Positions 38,485 to 48,465 of a DNA stretch of 64,000 nucleotides are shown in pieces; position 1 is the first letter of the stretch; each line of letters opens with the position of its first letter. Source of the stretch: Candidatus Aldehydirespiratoraceae bacterium (GTDB lineage Bacteria; Actinomycetota; Acidimicrobiia; Acidimicrobiales; Aldehydirespiratoraceae); NCBI GenBank assembly GCA_965204595.1, contig CBDBEW010000014.1, forward strand, positions 1,957,207 to 2,021,206, in the 5' to 3' direction. The notes beneath the pieces were generated by a model. The model made no database searches. It saw only the letters and a program-made list of their open reading frames with translations, and was not told where the DNA came from. Both the position numbers and the translations under genes were made by a program.

Positions 38485-39884
38485 CCACGACCGCCTCTGC
38501 CGACATCAACGCAGTCCAGCGACGCACGTTGATTGTGTTGATGCTCTCGGTGGGGCCGGCCGGGATGGGCATGGCTGGCGGTTTCTCAGCCACGAGCCTG
38601 GCTGCTGAGGACATTACCGGCAGCGATGGTCTGGCAACACTAGCTGCCACGATGATCAGCATCGGCGGTGCCGCAGCAGCGGTTCCGTTGGCGCGCCGCA
38701 TGTCCACCCACGGGCGCCGCCCGGGCCTGCGAATCGGCTGGACGATCGCTGGGGTTGGGTCACTCATTGCTTTCGTATCGGTACTCACCAACGTCTACCC
38801 GCTGTTGGTGGCGGGCGCGCTCGCCATCGGTGTCGGTAACGGCACCAACCTCGCCGCGCGTTACGCAGCGGCAGACTTGTCCGAGCCAGACCGGCGAGCC
38901 CGCACCATCGGCTTGCTGGTCTGGGCATCGTCGATTGGTTCAGTCCTTGGCCCCACAGTCGCGCTGGGACCTACCGGCTGGTTCGCTGAACAGATCGATC
39001 TGCCACGCTTGGCAGGCCCGTACCTAATGGGCGTGATGGTTTTCGCTGTCGCTGGAGTCGTAGTACACACCAAGCTCCGTCCCGACCCATTGATCCTGGC
39101 CGCGAACCTGTCTGAAAGCACGACGAACCCGCACTCGCGCTTTGACCCGCACGCCCGGTCGTCTGCGGCCGAGGTCACCGAGAGCCGGTCGGGTCGCCGT
39201 CTGGGGCGACCGCTGGCGACTCAGCGGTCCAAGTTGGTGAACGCCCCGCCAATAGTTGAGCGAAAGCGAGGCGCTGCTGACCGCGAGCCGAGCCTGCTCG
39301 ACAGCTTCTCAGCTATCGCAAAGCATCAGACGGCACTGATCGCAGTTGCAGCGATGGCGGTAGGTCAGGCGGTGATGGTGGCGATAATGACGGTCACCCC
39401 GCTGCACATGGACGACGGCGACCACAAAACTCAGGTCATCGGCCTAGTCATAAGCGTCCACATCGTCGGAATGTTCTTCTTCGCGCCCGTGGTCGGCTGG
39501 TTAGTTGACCGTCTGCCCAACGCAGCGATGGTCGCCGCCGCTGGAATCATGCTCTTCGTGGGGGGAGAACTGGCATCCCATACTGACCCTGCCGACAGTC
39601 TCGGTGTGTTCGTCGGGCTGTTTTTGGTCGGTTTGGGTTGGTCGTTTGCGATGATCGCTGGAAGTTCACTGCTCACCGGTGCTTTCCCGGTGCACGAACG
39701 TGCCAAAGTTCAGGGAGCGGCCGATTTCACGATGGTGGCATCGGGTGCTGCCGCTGGGCTTGCTTCGGGTTATATCGTTCAGGTGAGCAGCTTCGCAAGC
39801 CTCAGCCATTGGGCGGGCGTGTCCGCACTCAGCCTAGTAGCTGTCGCCTTGTACCCCTTGGCCGTGAAAATCTGGAGACTCTAA
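38445..39884 (+). CDS. MFS transporter with a long central loop (start uncertain)
   Basis: 479 aa, about 12 predicted hydrophobic segments in two halves separated by a charged loop ('SRSGRRLGRPLATQRSK'). Confidence 0.7.
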   Translation: MPRNATPLMLGMVTTTASADINAVQRRTLIVLMLSVGPAGMGMAGGFSATSLAAEDITGSDGLATLAATMISIGGAAAAVPLARRMSTHGRRPGLRIGWTIAGVGSLIAFVSVLTNVYPLLVAGALAIGVGNGTNLAARYAAADLSEPDRRARTIGLLVWASSIGSVLGPTVALGPTGWFAEQIDLPRLAGPYLMGVMVFAVAGVVVHTKLRPDPLILAANLSESTTNPHSRFDPHARSSAAEVTESRSGRRLGRPLATQRSKLVNAPPIVERKRGAADREPSLLDSFSAIAKHQTALIAVAAMAVGQAVMVAIMTVTPLHMDDGDHKTQVIGLVISVHIVGMFFFAPVVGWLVDRLPNAAMVAAAGIMLFVGGELASHTDPADSLGVFVGLFLVGLGWSFAMIAGSSLLTGAFPVHERAKVQGAADFTMVASGAAAGLASGYIVQVSSFASLSHWAGVSALSLVAVALYPLAVKIWRL

Positions 39885-39886
39885 GT

Positions 39887-40441
39887 TCAGGGTGTGAGTT
39901 TTCGTTTCTGAAGCTCACGTTGAAGGCGAGGCCCGAACTCAACCCTAAATGGTGCCGCCTGCACCGAATCTGGAGTAACTCTAACACCAGATACGTGGGC
40001 GAGTTCTTCGATCACATAGTTAACCCATCTCGTACCATCGTCTGGTTCTAGCACCAGCATCGTCTGTTTGGTGAGTTCGCGCCCGCTGATGAGCTGCCAC
40101 GGGCTGTCTCCAGATTCGCTGTAAGAACCAAGCCACCCGCGGTCGGAGCTCCAAATCACACGTCGGCCATCGCTGAGGTCAGCGAATTCCTTGAGTTGGA
40201 AATGAACACTCCCAGATTCTAGCCATTCCTCGCGCTGAGCTTGCTTCATGTTCTTTGGCACCGTAGTGAAAAATGGCCGGACTCCAGACAGACCCAAAAC
40301 GCCACCTGTCTTTAAGCGAACGTGTCTCCAAGCTGAACCCGCACGCTCCGCCATTGTCGGTGGCGACACTATCGGCGGTGAGGCCGACAGATCCTCCAGT
40401 TCACAAATCGCCCCAAGAACAATAACCCTAAGTATGTGCAT
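39887..40441 (-). CDS. Hypothetical protein
   Basis: 184-aa ORF with a GAGGAA-like SD. I recognise no motif. Confidence 0.4.
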   Translation of the reverse strand: MHILRVIVLGAICELEDLSASPPIVSPPTMAERAGSAWRHVRLKTGGVLGLSGVRPFFTTVPKNMKQAQREEWLESGSVHFQLKEFADLSDGRRVIWSSDRGWLGSYSESGDSPWQLISGRELTKQTMLVLEPDDGTRWVNYVIEELAHVSGVRVTPDSVQAAPFRVEFGPRLQRELQKRKLTP

Positions 40442-40463
40442 GATTCCTCAACTTTTGGGTGGG

Positions 40464-40481
40464 CTTCCCCGTTTGCTTGAC
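40464..40481 (-). repeat. Copy 1 of the GTCAAGCAAACGGGG motif
   Basis: The minus strand reads GTCAAGCAAACGGGGAAG. It lies in the divergent intergenic region between 39887-40441 and 40545-41360. Confidence 0.8.
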
Positions 40482-40505
40482 GTTTAGTGTAACAGTCCGT
40501 AATCT
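40477..40505 (+). promoter_or_regulatory. Candidate sigma70-type promoter for the HD-domain gene
   Basis: TTGACG (40477-82), 17-nt spacer, TAATCT (40500-05), 40 nt before ATG 40545. The -35 element is part of motif copy 1. Confidence 0.4.
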
Positions 40506-40544
40506 TCGCTTTGCTAATCCCGTTTGCGGTAAACTTGCAACACT

Positions 40545-41360
40545 ATGGGGCATTTAGTTTCACCGCTCACAGACGCAGACGCTGCGCCAAATCGTCTAGC
40601 CGACCGACTTAGTGCAATTGTGATGGCCGACGATGTGGTGGCATCTCTCCGAACCGCGCTGCAGAATGGTCAGCTTGAGGAGTTGGTGCCAGAGTTTCCT
40701 TTGTTGAGGATGGAACAACATCCCCTGCATCGCCATAAGGATGTTTTGGAACACACAATTGTGGTGGTGGCTCAAACCCCGGCTGACGAGATCGTTCGGT
40801 TGGCAGCACTTTTCCACGATATTGCGAAACCCGTTACCCGTAGTTTTGCTGGTGGCGATGTGACGTTTCGCCATCATGAGGCCGTGGGTGCTCGCATCAC
40901 CGCCGACCGTATGACAAAGCTTGGTTACCCTACACACACTGTTGTGCAGGTGAGTGACCTGGTGCGGCTTAGCGGGCGTTTCAAAGGTTACAGCGATGGT
41001 TGGTCTGATTCGGCGGTGCGCCGTTATGCCCGCGAAGCTGGTGCTTTGCTTGGTCGTCTTAATTGGTTGGTTCGTGCCGATTGCACCACTCGTAATCGTC
41101 AAAAGTTCGCCAACCTGCAAACTTCGGTGGATGAACTTGAAGCACGGATCGCCGCCCTTGCCGCGCAAGACCGTCAAGCGGCGGAACGCCCTCAGCTAGA
41201 CGGTAAAGCTGTGATGGATCATCTCGGGGTTGGCCCAGGCCCTCATATTGGTGCTGCACTCAATTGGTTGCTTGAACTGAAACGCAGCGAAGGCGTTTTG
41301 GAAGAAAAAGAGCTAATCTCCCGCCTCCAAGCATGGTGGCACCAATCCCAGCGCAGCTAA
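40545..41360 (+). CDS. HD-domain protein equivalent to the C-terminal half of an actinobacterial CCA-adding enzyme (no NTase head)
   Basis: 271 aa; 'HPLHRHKDVLEHTIVV', 'LAALFHDIAKPVTR', 'FRHHEAVGARI', 'ADCTTRNRQK', 'LDGKAVMDHLGVGPGPHIG'. There is no Pol-beta nucleotidyltransferase domain upstream. Confidence 0.7.
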   Translation: MGHLVSPLTDADAAPNRLADRLSAIVMADDVVASLRTALQNGQLEELVPEFPLLRMEQHPLHRHKDVLEHTIVVVAQTPADEIVRLAALFHDIAKPVTRSFAGGDVTFRHHEAVGARITADRMTKLGYPTHTVVQVSDLVRLSGRFKGYSDGWSDSAVRRYAREAGALLGRLNWLVRADCTTRNRQKFANLQTSVDELEARIAALAAQDRQAAERPQLDGKAVMDHLGVGPGPHIGAALNWLLELKRSEGVLEEKELISRLQAWWHQSQRS

Positions 41361-41466
41361 CCAAGTTATTGTTTGTTGAATAACAGCGATGGATTACCGC
41401 GTTGAATTACGGCTTGCCCTCCAAGTTCAACGTGTCTCAACTAGCCAACCAGAATCCTGTCTCAAG

Positions 41467-42165
41467 CTAGCTAGGGCACACGAAAGCCGTTGGAAGACGG
41501 CTCTCCAAAATTTTGGGTAAAGCGGCGAGATAGTGGGTGCGGGGCCATTGTGTTACTCCGAGCGTGGCAAGATGTGGTGTTTGCCATTGCACATCCACCA
41601 ACCTCGGTTGCCCGTCCCCCAACATGTCAATTAGGGCGACTAAAGCAACTTTAGATGCATCTCTGTGGACGTGAAACATCGATTCACCAGCGAATAGGCC
41701 GCCCAACGCCACCCCATAAAGTCCGCCGGCTAACTCGCCTTTGTACCAAGTTTCCACACTGTGAACCCAACCCATTTCTCCCAACCGCAAATAAGCATCC
41801 CGTATTCGTGAATCGATCCAGTTGTGTGGACGCCCAGAGTTAGCACACAAGTCGATCACTTCAGGCAAACACATGTTGACACTAACCTCAAAATTGCGAA
41901 CTGAACGCCGCAAAGACCGACTCACGCGCAAGGCATCTGGTTCTAGAACCCCTCGTGGGTCTGGTGACCACCAACCGATCGGTCCGGCTTCAGTGAGAGG
42001 CATCGGAAACATACCCGCTCTGTAGGCACGCAATATTGTTTCGGGTTCTAGGTCGGCACCAACCCCCACCAACCCGCCGAAGCCGCCGTCTTCGGCCAGA
42101 ACACCAGACACTCGAGTTTGTTCGTCACCCATGCCATCAGCATAGGTTTCAACACCACCTGTCAA
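41467..42165 (-). CDS. aat: Leucyl/phenylalanyl-tRNA--protein transferase
   Basis: 232 aa; 'ILRAYRAGMFPM', 'WWSPDPRGVL', 'GELAGGLYGVALGGLFAGESMFH'. Confidence 0.85.
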   Translation of the reverse strand: MTGGVETYADGMGDEQTRVSGVLAEDGGFGGLVGVGADLEPETILRAYRAGMFPMPLTEAGPIGWWSPDPRGVLEPDALRVSRSLRRSVRNFEVSVNMCLPEVIDLCANSGRPHNWIDSRIRDAYLRLGEMGWVHSVETWYKGELAGGLYGVALGGLFAGESMFHVHRDASKVALVALIDMLGDGQPRLVDVQWQTPHLATLGVTQWPRTHYLAALPKILESRLPTAFVCPS

Positions 42166-42368
42166 TAGATGGATTCCACCAGATGCATGTTTACCAATGC
42201 GCTATAAGCACTTACCAACCATGCGTTTCCTGCTGGCGATGGGGAGACCAGTAACTGCTGGTTTCGCCAGTGCTACCGTGAGGTGGCAACGCTAGAAATA
42301 ATATTTTAGATTGGTTTTGGAGCGAGTATGGTGCTAACTTGCCTAGTGTGCATAGCAGGTCTCGCGAC

Positions 42369-45300
42369 ATGGAATTGAACGAGAGCCTCGCTACGCAGAT
42401 GTTGGGCAGACGCGTACGATTGCCACGCCAAATGGGAGTGGTGGTCGTAGAGACCACGCGGGAGACTGCCGGTGGCGTGGACCTCTTTGTCTCCGAACCT
42501 TCGAACCCGGACGAGATCCGGAAAGTCAAGCTGAGTCCAGAACTTCTTCCCGAACTAGAGGTCATCGAGGCGGACTGCAGGTCAGCCCCGGAGCGGGTGT
42601 TGGCCGGCTTGTGGACGGAATGGATGCTGGACGCAGCACGCGCCGCCGCGTCCACGGTGCTGGTGTCCACCCGGCTGCGGCCCTACCCGCACCAGATGGA
42701 TGCGGTGTACGGAGTGATGCTGCCCCAGCCGTTGCTGCGCTTCCTGCTCGCCGACGAACCCGGCACGGGCAAGACGATGATGTCGGGGCTTTGGCTGCGT
42801 GAGGCTCAACGACTCGGACTCGTGAAGCGGGCGCTGGTGGTCTGTCCGGCGCACTTGGTCGGCAAGTGGCAGGCCGACTTCGAGCGGTTCCTCGGTGGCG
42901 GCCTGCGCGAAGTCACCGCCGAGACAGTGCGCTGGGACGGCTTGGCCACTGCCCAGGCCGATACCTGGGTGGTGTCGCTGCATCTGGCCGCCGCAAACCC
43001 GCAGGTGCGCGAGGCGCTGCATCCCGACCGCGCCGGTTGGGATGCCGTCATCTTCGATGAAGCGCATCGCATGACCCCGACCGCGGAGACGTTTCACCGT
43101 GTCGGTCGCGAACTGTCTGCCGATGTGCCGCACGCTCTCTTCCTCACCGCCACGCCCCACCGCGGCGACGAGCGCTACTTCCGGGAACTGCTCCATCTGG
43201 TCGACCCGACGATCTTCCCGAGCGTTGTCGACGGCGACACGCCGGCCTCGCCGTCGCAGACAGCCGGCGCACCGCTCGCCCGCAAGCTGATCCGCCCCGG
43301 CTCGTTGCACTTCCTGCGCCGCATGAAGGAGCAGTTGGTCGACTACGACTCGCGCACTCGGTTGTTCCGTGAGCGCGAGGCGGTCAATCTCAAAGTGCGG
43401 CTGAATGCCACCGAGCGGCAGTTCTACGACGCGTCGCAGCACATCGCCGATACCTATTTCCCGGTTCGCGGCCGCCAGCTCGCCGCGATGGTCTATGGCA
43501 AGCGGGCGGCCTCCTCGCTGTACGCGCTCGCCTGCACGCTACAGCGGCGCCTCGAGCGGATGGGCGCCGACGACGGACCGGCGCTCGCGGGCGACAACGA
43601 CGTCGCGGTCGTCGAACGCGAGAGCGACGACGACGCAGCCGAGGAGCAGGTCACCGCGGCCCGTTCGCTCGACGCCCGCGCCGAGCGGGAAGCGATTTCC
43701 GAACTACTGGCCGACTTGGAAGCGGCCGTAGAGACGGCATCCACTACCGCCGATACCAGTTCAGCAGTGTCCAAGTGGCAGCCTTTGAACGAATGCTTGG
43801 CCGAGCACGGCATCACCCCGGGTTCAGGCGAACAACTCGTCGTGTTCACCGAATACGCCGACACGGCCGCATGGCTCGTGCGCATGTTCACCCAAGCCGG
43901 CTACACGGCACGCAGCTACTCGGGCGCCAACAGCCACCCCGAGCGGGCTGCCACGCGCCAGCAGTTCGAGGACGGCGAGTTCGAGGTGATCGTCTCAACC
44001 GACGCCGGTAATGAGGGTATCGACCTGCAGGCCGCCCATGTGCTCGTCAACTGGGACATCCCCTGGTCGCTGGTCCGCCTCGAGCAGCGCATGGGCCGCA
44101 TCCACCGCATCGGCCAAGATGACAAGGTGTACCTCTACAATCTGGTGGCGCTGGGTACGCGCGAGGGAGACGTGCTCGCCACGCTGCTCGAGCGGCTGGT
44201 TGCCGCCGCCAACGAACTCGGCGGCCAGATGTTCGACTGTCTGGCAGCAGTGATGGAACGCGCCCGCACGAACGCAGGCACGGCAGAGCAGTCGCTGCTG
44301 CGGTGGTACGGCGATCCCCCGTTCGATCAGGCAGACCCGTGGCCGACTGTCGATGAACTCAAGCGCGCCCGAGACGACTACTTGGCGGAATCCACGCAAC
44401 TCAGCGTGGAGGTGGATACCGAGACGGCGAACGCGGCGCGAATCGACGAGATTGTCTCCCGCGTCAACCCGGTCATCGTCGAGCACTTCTTGGGACGGGT
44501 CGCCTCGGCGAGCTTGGTCGACTGTCGGCCGGCGCCGCTCGGCGACGGCTTCTACTACCTGTCTGTGGACCCGGAGGCTCACGGCTGGGACCTGCCTTCG
44601 GCTCTGGGCGGCGCCCACGACACCCAGTCGTTGGTGGTGACCCGGGGCGAAGCTCGTTCGACCGCGATGGCTCAGGGCGTGAATCGGGCTGCCGACGCCT
44701 TGATGCTCGGGCCGAGCGACGACGCCTTCGGGGCGCTGGTCGAAGGACTGCGGGCCCGGCTTGAGGTCGACATGTGGCGGGGTGCTGTGCTGTGCGACAC
44801 GGCCTCGCCGGACGATTACACGCTGTTCGTGTTTGAATGCGAGATCACTGAAGGCGGGAGCAGCGAGAGTTCGCGGCATCGTCCCAGGCGAAACACGCAG
44901 ACTTGGTTGATCGCCGTAAAGTCTGATGGCACGACGCGCAGGGTGTCGTGGGCTGAATTACCGAATCTCGCTGCTCCATCGGTTGAGACAGACTTCGTCG
45001 ACGTTGCCGGTGTAGATTCACCGACCGACGAGGCGGTTTCCGCCCTGGCATCGGCGGCGGCTCGGCAAGCGGCAGAAGCTGAGCAGAGCGAGCGCGAACA
45101 GCGGCTCGATGAGTGGGTGAGGCAGTTGCGCATCCAGATGCAGCCGCTGCCGAATCATCTGACCGACCACATCGCCGACCGCACCGTCGGCAGGCGGGAA
45201 CGCCAGCGGATCAAGTCTGCGGTCGACAGCAGACTCGCCGAAGCCCGACAGCTCGCACGGGTGACCGCGTCGGCGCCGCGCCTCATCGGTTGGGCGCGTG

Positions 45301-45737
45301 TTGTGGCCGGACTGGAAGTCGACCCAGCGGATCTGGAGTCTGCTGCTGAGAGCGAAGAGGTCTCGATGCGCTGGGTCACCGAGCATCTGGTGTCAGACGG
45401 GTGGGACGTCACCGACGTCCACACGCAGAACCGCGGCTACGACCTCGAAGCCCGCCGCGGTCCGCAAGTGCGTTGCATCGAGATCAAGGGTGTGGCCGGC
45501 CAAGCCTCTTCGAGTGGTGTGCGCTTGACATCGGGCGAACTGACCAGCGCACGTCAGCGCGGCGACGACTACTGGCTGTATGTGGTGGACAACTGCATCG
45601 ACGGCGAAGGCAGCCTGTTCGGGCATTGGCAGAACCCGGCGAGCGTGTTCCGCGACAGTCTTGAGAATGTCACCGAGTTTCGGCTCGCCGGCAGCGCACT
45701 GAGCGCAGCCCTCGAACATCAAGGCGAGGGCGCATGA
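42369..45737 (+). CDS. SNF2-family helicase with a C-terminal DUF3883-like (PD-(D/E)xK-type) domain
   Basis: 1122 aa from ATG 42369; 'LLADEPGTGKT' (motif I, ~42750-42780), 'VIFDEAHRM' (II, ~43050), 'LFLTATPHRG' (III), 'RLEQRMGRIHRIGQ' (VI). Tail: 'GYDLEARRGPQVRCIEIKG...DDYWLYVV'. Confidence 0.85.
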   Translation: MELNESLATQMLGRRVRLPRQMGVVVVETTRETAGGVDLFVSEPSNPDEIRKVKLSPELLPELEVIEADCRSAPERVLAGLWTEWMLDAARAAASTVLVSTRLRPYPHQMDAVYGVMLPQPLLRFLLADEPGTGKTMMSGLWLREAQRLGLVKRALVVCPAHLVGKWQADFERFLGGGLREVTAETVRWDGLATAQADTWVVSLHLAAANPQVREALHPDRAGWDAVIFDEAHRMTPTAETFHRVGRELSADVPHALFLTATPHRGDERYFRELLHLVDPTIFPSVVDGDTPASPSQTAGAPLARKLIRPGSLHFLRRMKEQLVDYDSRTRLFREREAVNLKVRLNATERQFYDASQHIADTYFPVRGRQLAAMVYGKRAASSLYALACTLQRRLERMGADDGPALAGDNDVAVVERESDDDAAEEQVTAARSLDARAEREAISELLADLEAAVETASTTADTSSAVSKWQPLNECLAEHGITPGSGEQLVVFTEYADTAAWLVRMFTQAGYTARSYSGANSHPERAATRQQFEDGEFEVIVSTDAGNEGIDLQAAHVLVNWDIPWSLVRLEQRMGRIHRIGQDDKVYLYNLVALGTREGDVLATLLERLVAAANELGGQMFDCLAAVMERARTNAGTAEQSLLRWYGDPPFDQADPWPTVDELKRARDDYLAESTQLSVEVDTETANAARIDEIVSRVNPVIVEHFLGRVASASLVDCRPAPLGDGFYYLSVDPEAHGWDLPSALGGAHDTQSLVVTRGEARSTAMAQGVNRAADALMLGPSDDAFGALVEGLRARLEVDMWRGAVLCDTASPDDYTLFVFECEITEGGSSESSRHRPRRNTQTWLIAVKSDGTTRRVSWAELPNLAAPSVETDFVDVAGVDSPTDEAVSALASAAARQAAEAEQSEREQRLDEWVRQLRIQMQPLPNHLTDHIADRTVGRRERQRIKSAVDSRLAEARQLARVTASAPRLIGWARVVAGLEVDPADLESAAESEEVSMRWVTEHLVSDGWDVTDVHTQNRGYDLEARRGPQVRCIEIKGVAGQASSSGVRLTSGELTSARQRGDDYWLYVVDNCIDGEGSLFGHWQNPASVFRDSLENVTEFRLAGSALSAALEHQGEGA

Positions 45738-48463
45738 GCACGCGCCTGATCGAGCGCTGGTTCCCGTGCGAGGAAGTCTCGACGCACTCGACGCGAGGCT
45801 GGGGCACTGGCTTCGCTGAGAAGAGCTTGTTCACCTGGTTCGCATCGCGACCGCTGGCCCAGGCCAAGGCGGCCGTGCTCTGCTCGTTGTTGCCGTGGCC
45901 GGATGATCCGAGCGAACAGGAAGACTTGAAGAAATTGGTGCGAAGGGCGATGGCTGACTACGACGCCGCGAACGACGAGTTGCGCACCAAGCTTGAAGAG
46001 CACCATCCAGCAGGTGCGAAGCTCTGCGATCCGTTCTCGGGCAGGGCGATGATTCCGCTTGAAGCGGCCCGTCTCGGGGTCAAGGCTTGGGGGATCGACT
46101 ACTCACCGGTCGCAACCCTCGCCGGCCGGCTGCTGGCCGACTACCCGATGCGCGACTGGGAAGACGAGCCGTCGCTGCCGTTCGAGGGGTACGAGGAGCA
46201 CGCCGCTGAGCACTTCGCCGAACCGCGGCTGTTGTGCGATGTGAGATTCGTGCTCGACGAGGTAGGGCGCCGCTACGAGTCTGCGATGGATGAGTTCTAC
46301 CCCGTGGTCGACGGCAAGCGGCCGTGGGGCTACGTGTGGGCTGTGACATTGCCCTGCACAAATTGCGGCAATCGGTTCCCGCTCACCGGGAGCCTCGCTC
46401 TACGCAACCCGAATCCCAAGAAGAATGATCCGGGGCAGTCGTACCGGATTGTCGCCGACGTTGCCGGCACATTCACCACAGAGGTTGTCGACGGCCCGCC
46501 GACAGTTCCGCCGACTCTCGTGAAATCGCCCGGTCGGCGCGGCAAGTCCGGCGTGTGTTGTTTCTGCGCCCACGTCCATCCTCTCGACACCTTGAAGCGC
46601 ATGATGCGCGACGGACTCAAGGGTGACGCGATGCTCGTTGTTGCCGATCTCGATGTCGGCGTCGGCAAGCGCTACCGGGAACCCAGCCACGTCGACCTCG
46701 ATGCGGCGGAAGGACTGGACGCATTGCTTGGCGCAGAAAGGTCGTTCGGGCCTGACTTGTCGGCAGTACCCCGCGAGCCGATGCACCCAGGCCTCTCTCG
46801 GTTCGTCGGACCTGTCAATTTCGGCTACCGCAGTTGGGGAGAACTGTGCAATGACCGCCAGACCCTCGGGTTCATTTGGATGGCATGCGCTATCAACGAG
46901 ATGAGTGAGAGGATGCTGTCCGCCGATGTCAGCGAGGACTATGTGTCGGCTCTCGCGGGCTACGCCGCTTCAAATCTCGTCCGCAAGATGAAGCGAAGCA
47001 CCCGAAGTGCCACCTTGGGAACTTTGCGCCAAGACGCCGGACATATCTTTTTCAATGACTCCGGCATTTCGCATAGCTTTGACTACTTCGAGACAGGCTG
47101 TGGCAATGGGCCGGGCACATGGAATTCGTTATCGGCCCACACTATCCGGAGTCTGAGAAAGCAACTAGATCGTGTAGATGGCAAGTCGGCCGAGGTTACC
47201 CGCGGCTCGGCGACCAGCCTGCCATTGCCCGATAGATCGCTCGACGCGGTGGTCACCGATCCGCCGTACGACTCGATGATCAACTACTGCGACTCGTCAG
47301 ACCTCATGTACGTTTGGCTCAAGCGAACGCTCGTCACCGCCGATCCGCTGTTCGGCCTGACCAGCGATCCTTGCGGTCTGCAAGACAAGACGCACGAAGC
47401 GGTCATCAAGTTCACAACGGTTGACGATCCTGATCATCGCACGGAAGAGCATTACAGGCAGACCGTCACGAAGGCGTTTGAACAGGCGCGATTGAAGGTC
47501 AAGCCCGACGGGGTTGTCAGCATCGTGTTCGGGCACGGAGACCCTGATGCCTGGGTTCGGGTGCTCACGGCCATCACCGATGCAGGGCTGGTGCTGACGG
47601 GTTCGTGGCCGTGCAGCACCGAGAAGGGCGGCAAGCAGACCGGCGAGTACATCGACAACACGATCATGATGGCGTGTCGTGCCGCTGCACAGGATCGGCC
47701 CGTCGGCGACGTCCGCATCGTAGACGAGGAGATTCGGGCGGTGATCGCGTCGCGTGTCCCCGAATGGACCGCTGACGGCTTGGCCGATTCCGACCAGCGT
47801 ATGGCGGCGATCGCGCCGGCGATGGAAGTTGTCGGCAAGTACTCCGAAGTGCGTGACTTCACCGGCCATCCGGTGCCGTTCGATCACTTCTTGGGCATGG
47901 CGCATCGCGCCGTCGAAGAAGCCGCCGATGTACGGATCGACCGGTTCAAGCTCACGGACTTCGATGTGCGCACCCGGTTCGCGCTCTCGTGGCTGCGTCA
48001 GCACGGCCGCAGCGTCGCCCCGGCGTCCGAGGCACGCTGGCTGCGGCTGTCCTACGACGTGACCGAGGATGACGTCAAGGGAGTGCTGCAGAAGGTGAAG
48101 GGTGGTCCGCGGCTGGTATTCGGCGATGAGGTTGCTGACACGCTCAGCCTCCATCCTACGAGTCCTGTGGTCGACATCGTGCTCGCCGTGGCTGCGGAAG
48201 AGCGCTCGATAAGCGACATCGCGGCGGCCCTGCACCTGCTGGAGCGGGCCGATGACGAGATGCTCTGGGCTGCGACGGCGGAGTTCGCTCGCGTGCTCGG
48301 CGAGAGCGACCGTGACGGACAGACCCTCACCTGGGCGGTGCGGCAGCGGCACCTGATTGCCGAGCGGGCCGCGCGACTGACAAAGGAGACCGTCGAGCGG
48401 CTGGCCGAAGAGGAACAACAGGATCGACAGGGCACGCTGTTCACCTACGAGGGGGCTGACTGA
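45734..48463 (+). CDS. DUF1156-type DNA methyltransferase with a Zn-ribbon insert
   Basis: 909 aa; N-terminus 'LIERWFPCEEVS...FTWFASRPLAQAKA', SAM motif 'CDPFSGRAMIPLEAARLG', Cys pairs 'CTNCGN...CCFCAH', catalytic 'VVTDPPYDSMINY' (~47250-47270). ATGA overlap with the helicase. Confidence 0.8.
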   Translation: MSTRLIERWFPCEEVSTHSTRGWGTGFAEKSLFTWFASRPLAQAKAAVLCSLLPWPDDPSEQEDLKKLVRRAMADYDAANDELRTKLEEHHPAGAKLCDPFSGRAMIPLEAARLGVKAWGIDYSPVATLAGRLLADYPMRDWEDEPSLPFEGYEEHAAEHFAEPRLLCDVRFVLDEVGRRYESAMDEFYPVVDGKRPWGYVWAVTLPCTNCGNRFPLTGSLALRNPNPKKNDPGQSYRIVADVAGTFTTEVVDGPPTVPPTLVKSPGRRGKSGVCCFCAHVHPLDTLKRMMRDGLKGDAMLVVADLDVGVGKRYREPSHVDLDAAEGLDALLGAERSFGPDLSAVPREPMHPGLSRFVGPVNFGYRSWGELCNDRQTLGFIWMACAINEMSERMLSADVSEDYVSALAGYAASNLVRKMKRSTRSATLGTLRQDAGHIFFNDSGISHSFDYFETGCGNGPGTWNSLSAHTIRSLRKQLDRVDGKSAEVTRGSATSLPLPDRSLDAVVTDPPYDSMINYCDSSDLMYVWLKRTLVTADPLFGLTSDPCGLQDKTHEAVIKFTTVDDPDHRTEEHYRQTVTKAFEQARLKVKPDGVVSIVFGHGDPDAWVRVLTAITDAGLVLTGSWPCSTEKGGKQTGEYIDNTIMMACRAAAQDRPVGDVRIVDEEIRAVIASRVPEWTADGLADSDQRMAAIAPAMEVVGKYSEVRDFTGHPVPFDHFLGMAHRAVEEAADVRIDRFKLTDFDVRTRFALSWLRQHGRSVAPASEARWLRLSYDVTEDDVKGVLQKVKGGPRLVFGDEVADTLSLHPTSPVVDIVLAVAAEERSISDIAAALHLLERADDEMLWAATAEFARVLGESDRDGQTLTWAVRQRHLIAERAARLTKETVERLAEEEQQDRQGTLFTYEGAD

Positions 48464-48465
48464 CA

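Noticed and set aside
42170-42368. Search for att-like direct repeats or an integrase flanking island 3 (42.17-42.37 kb versus 54.65-55.62 kb).
   Set aside because: Only trivial similarities were seen (for example 'ggtgctaac' versus 'gtttgctaac'). No recombinase gene is present, so no boundary repeat is claimed.
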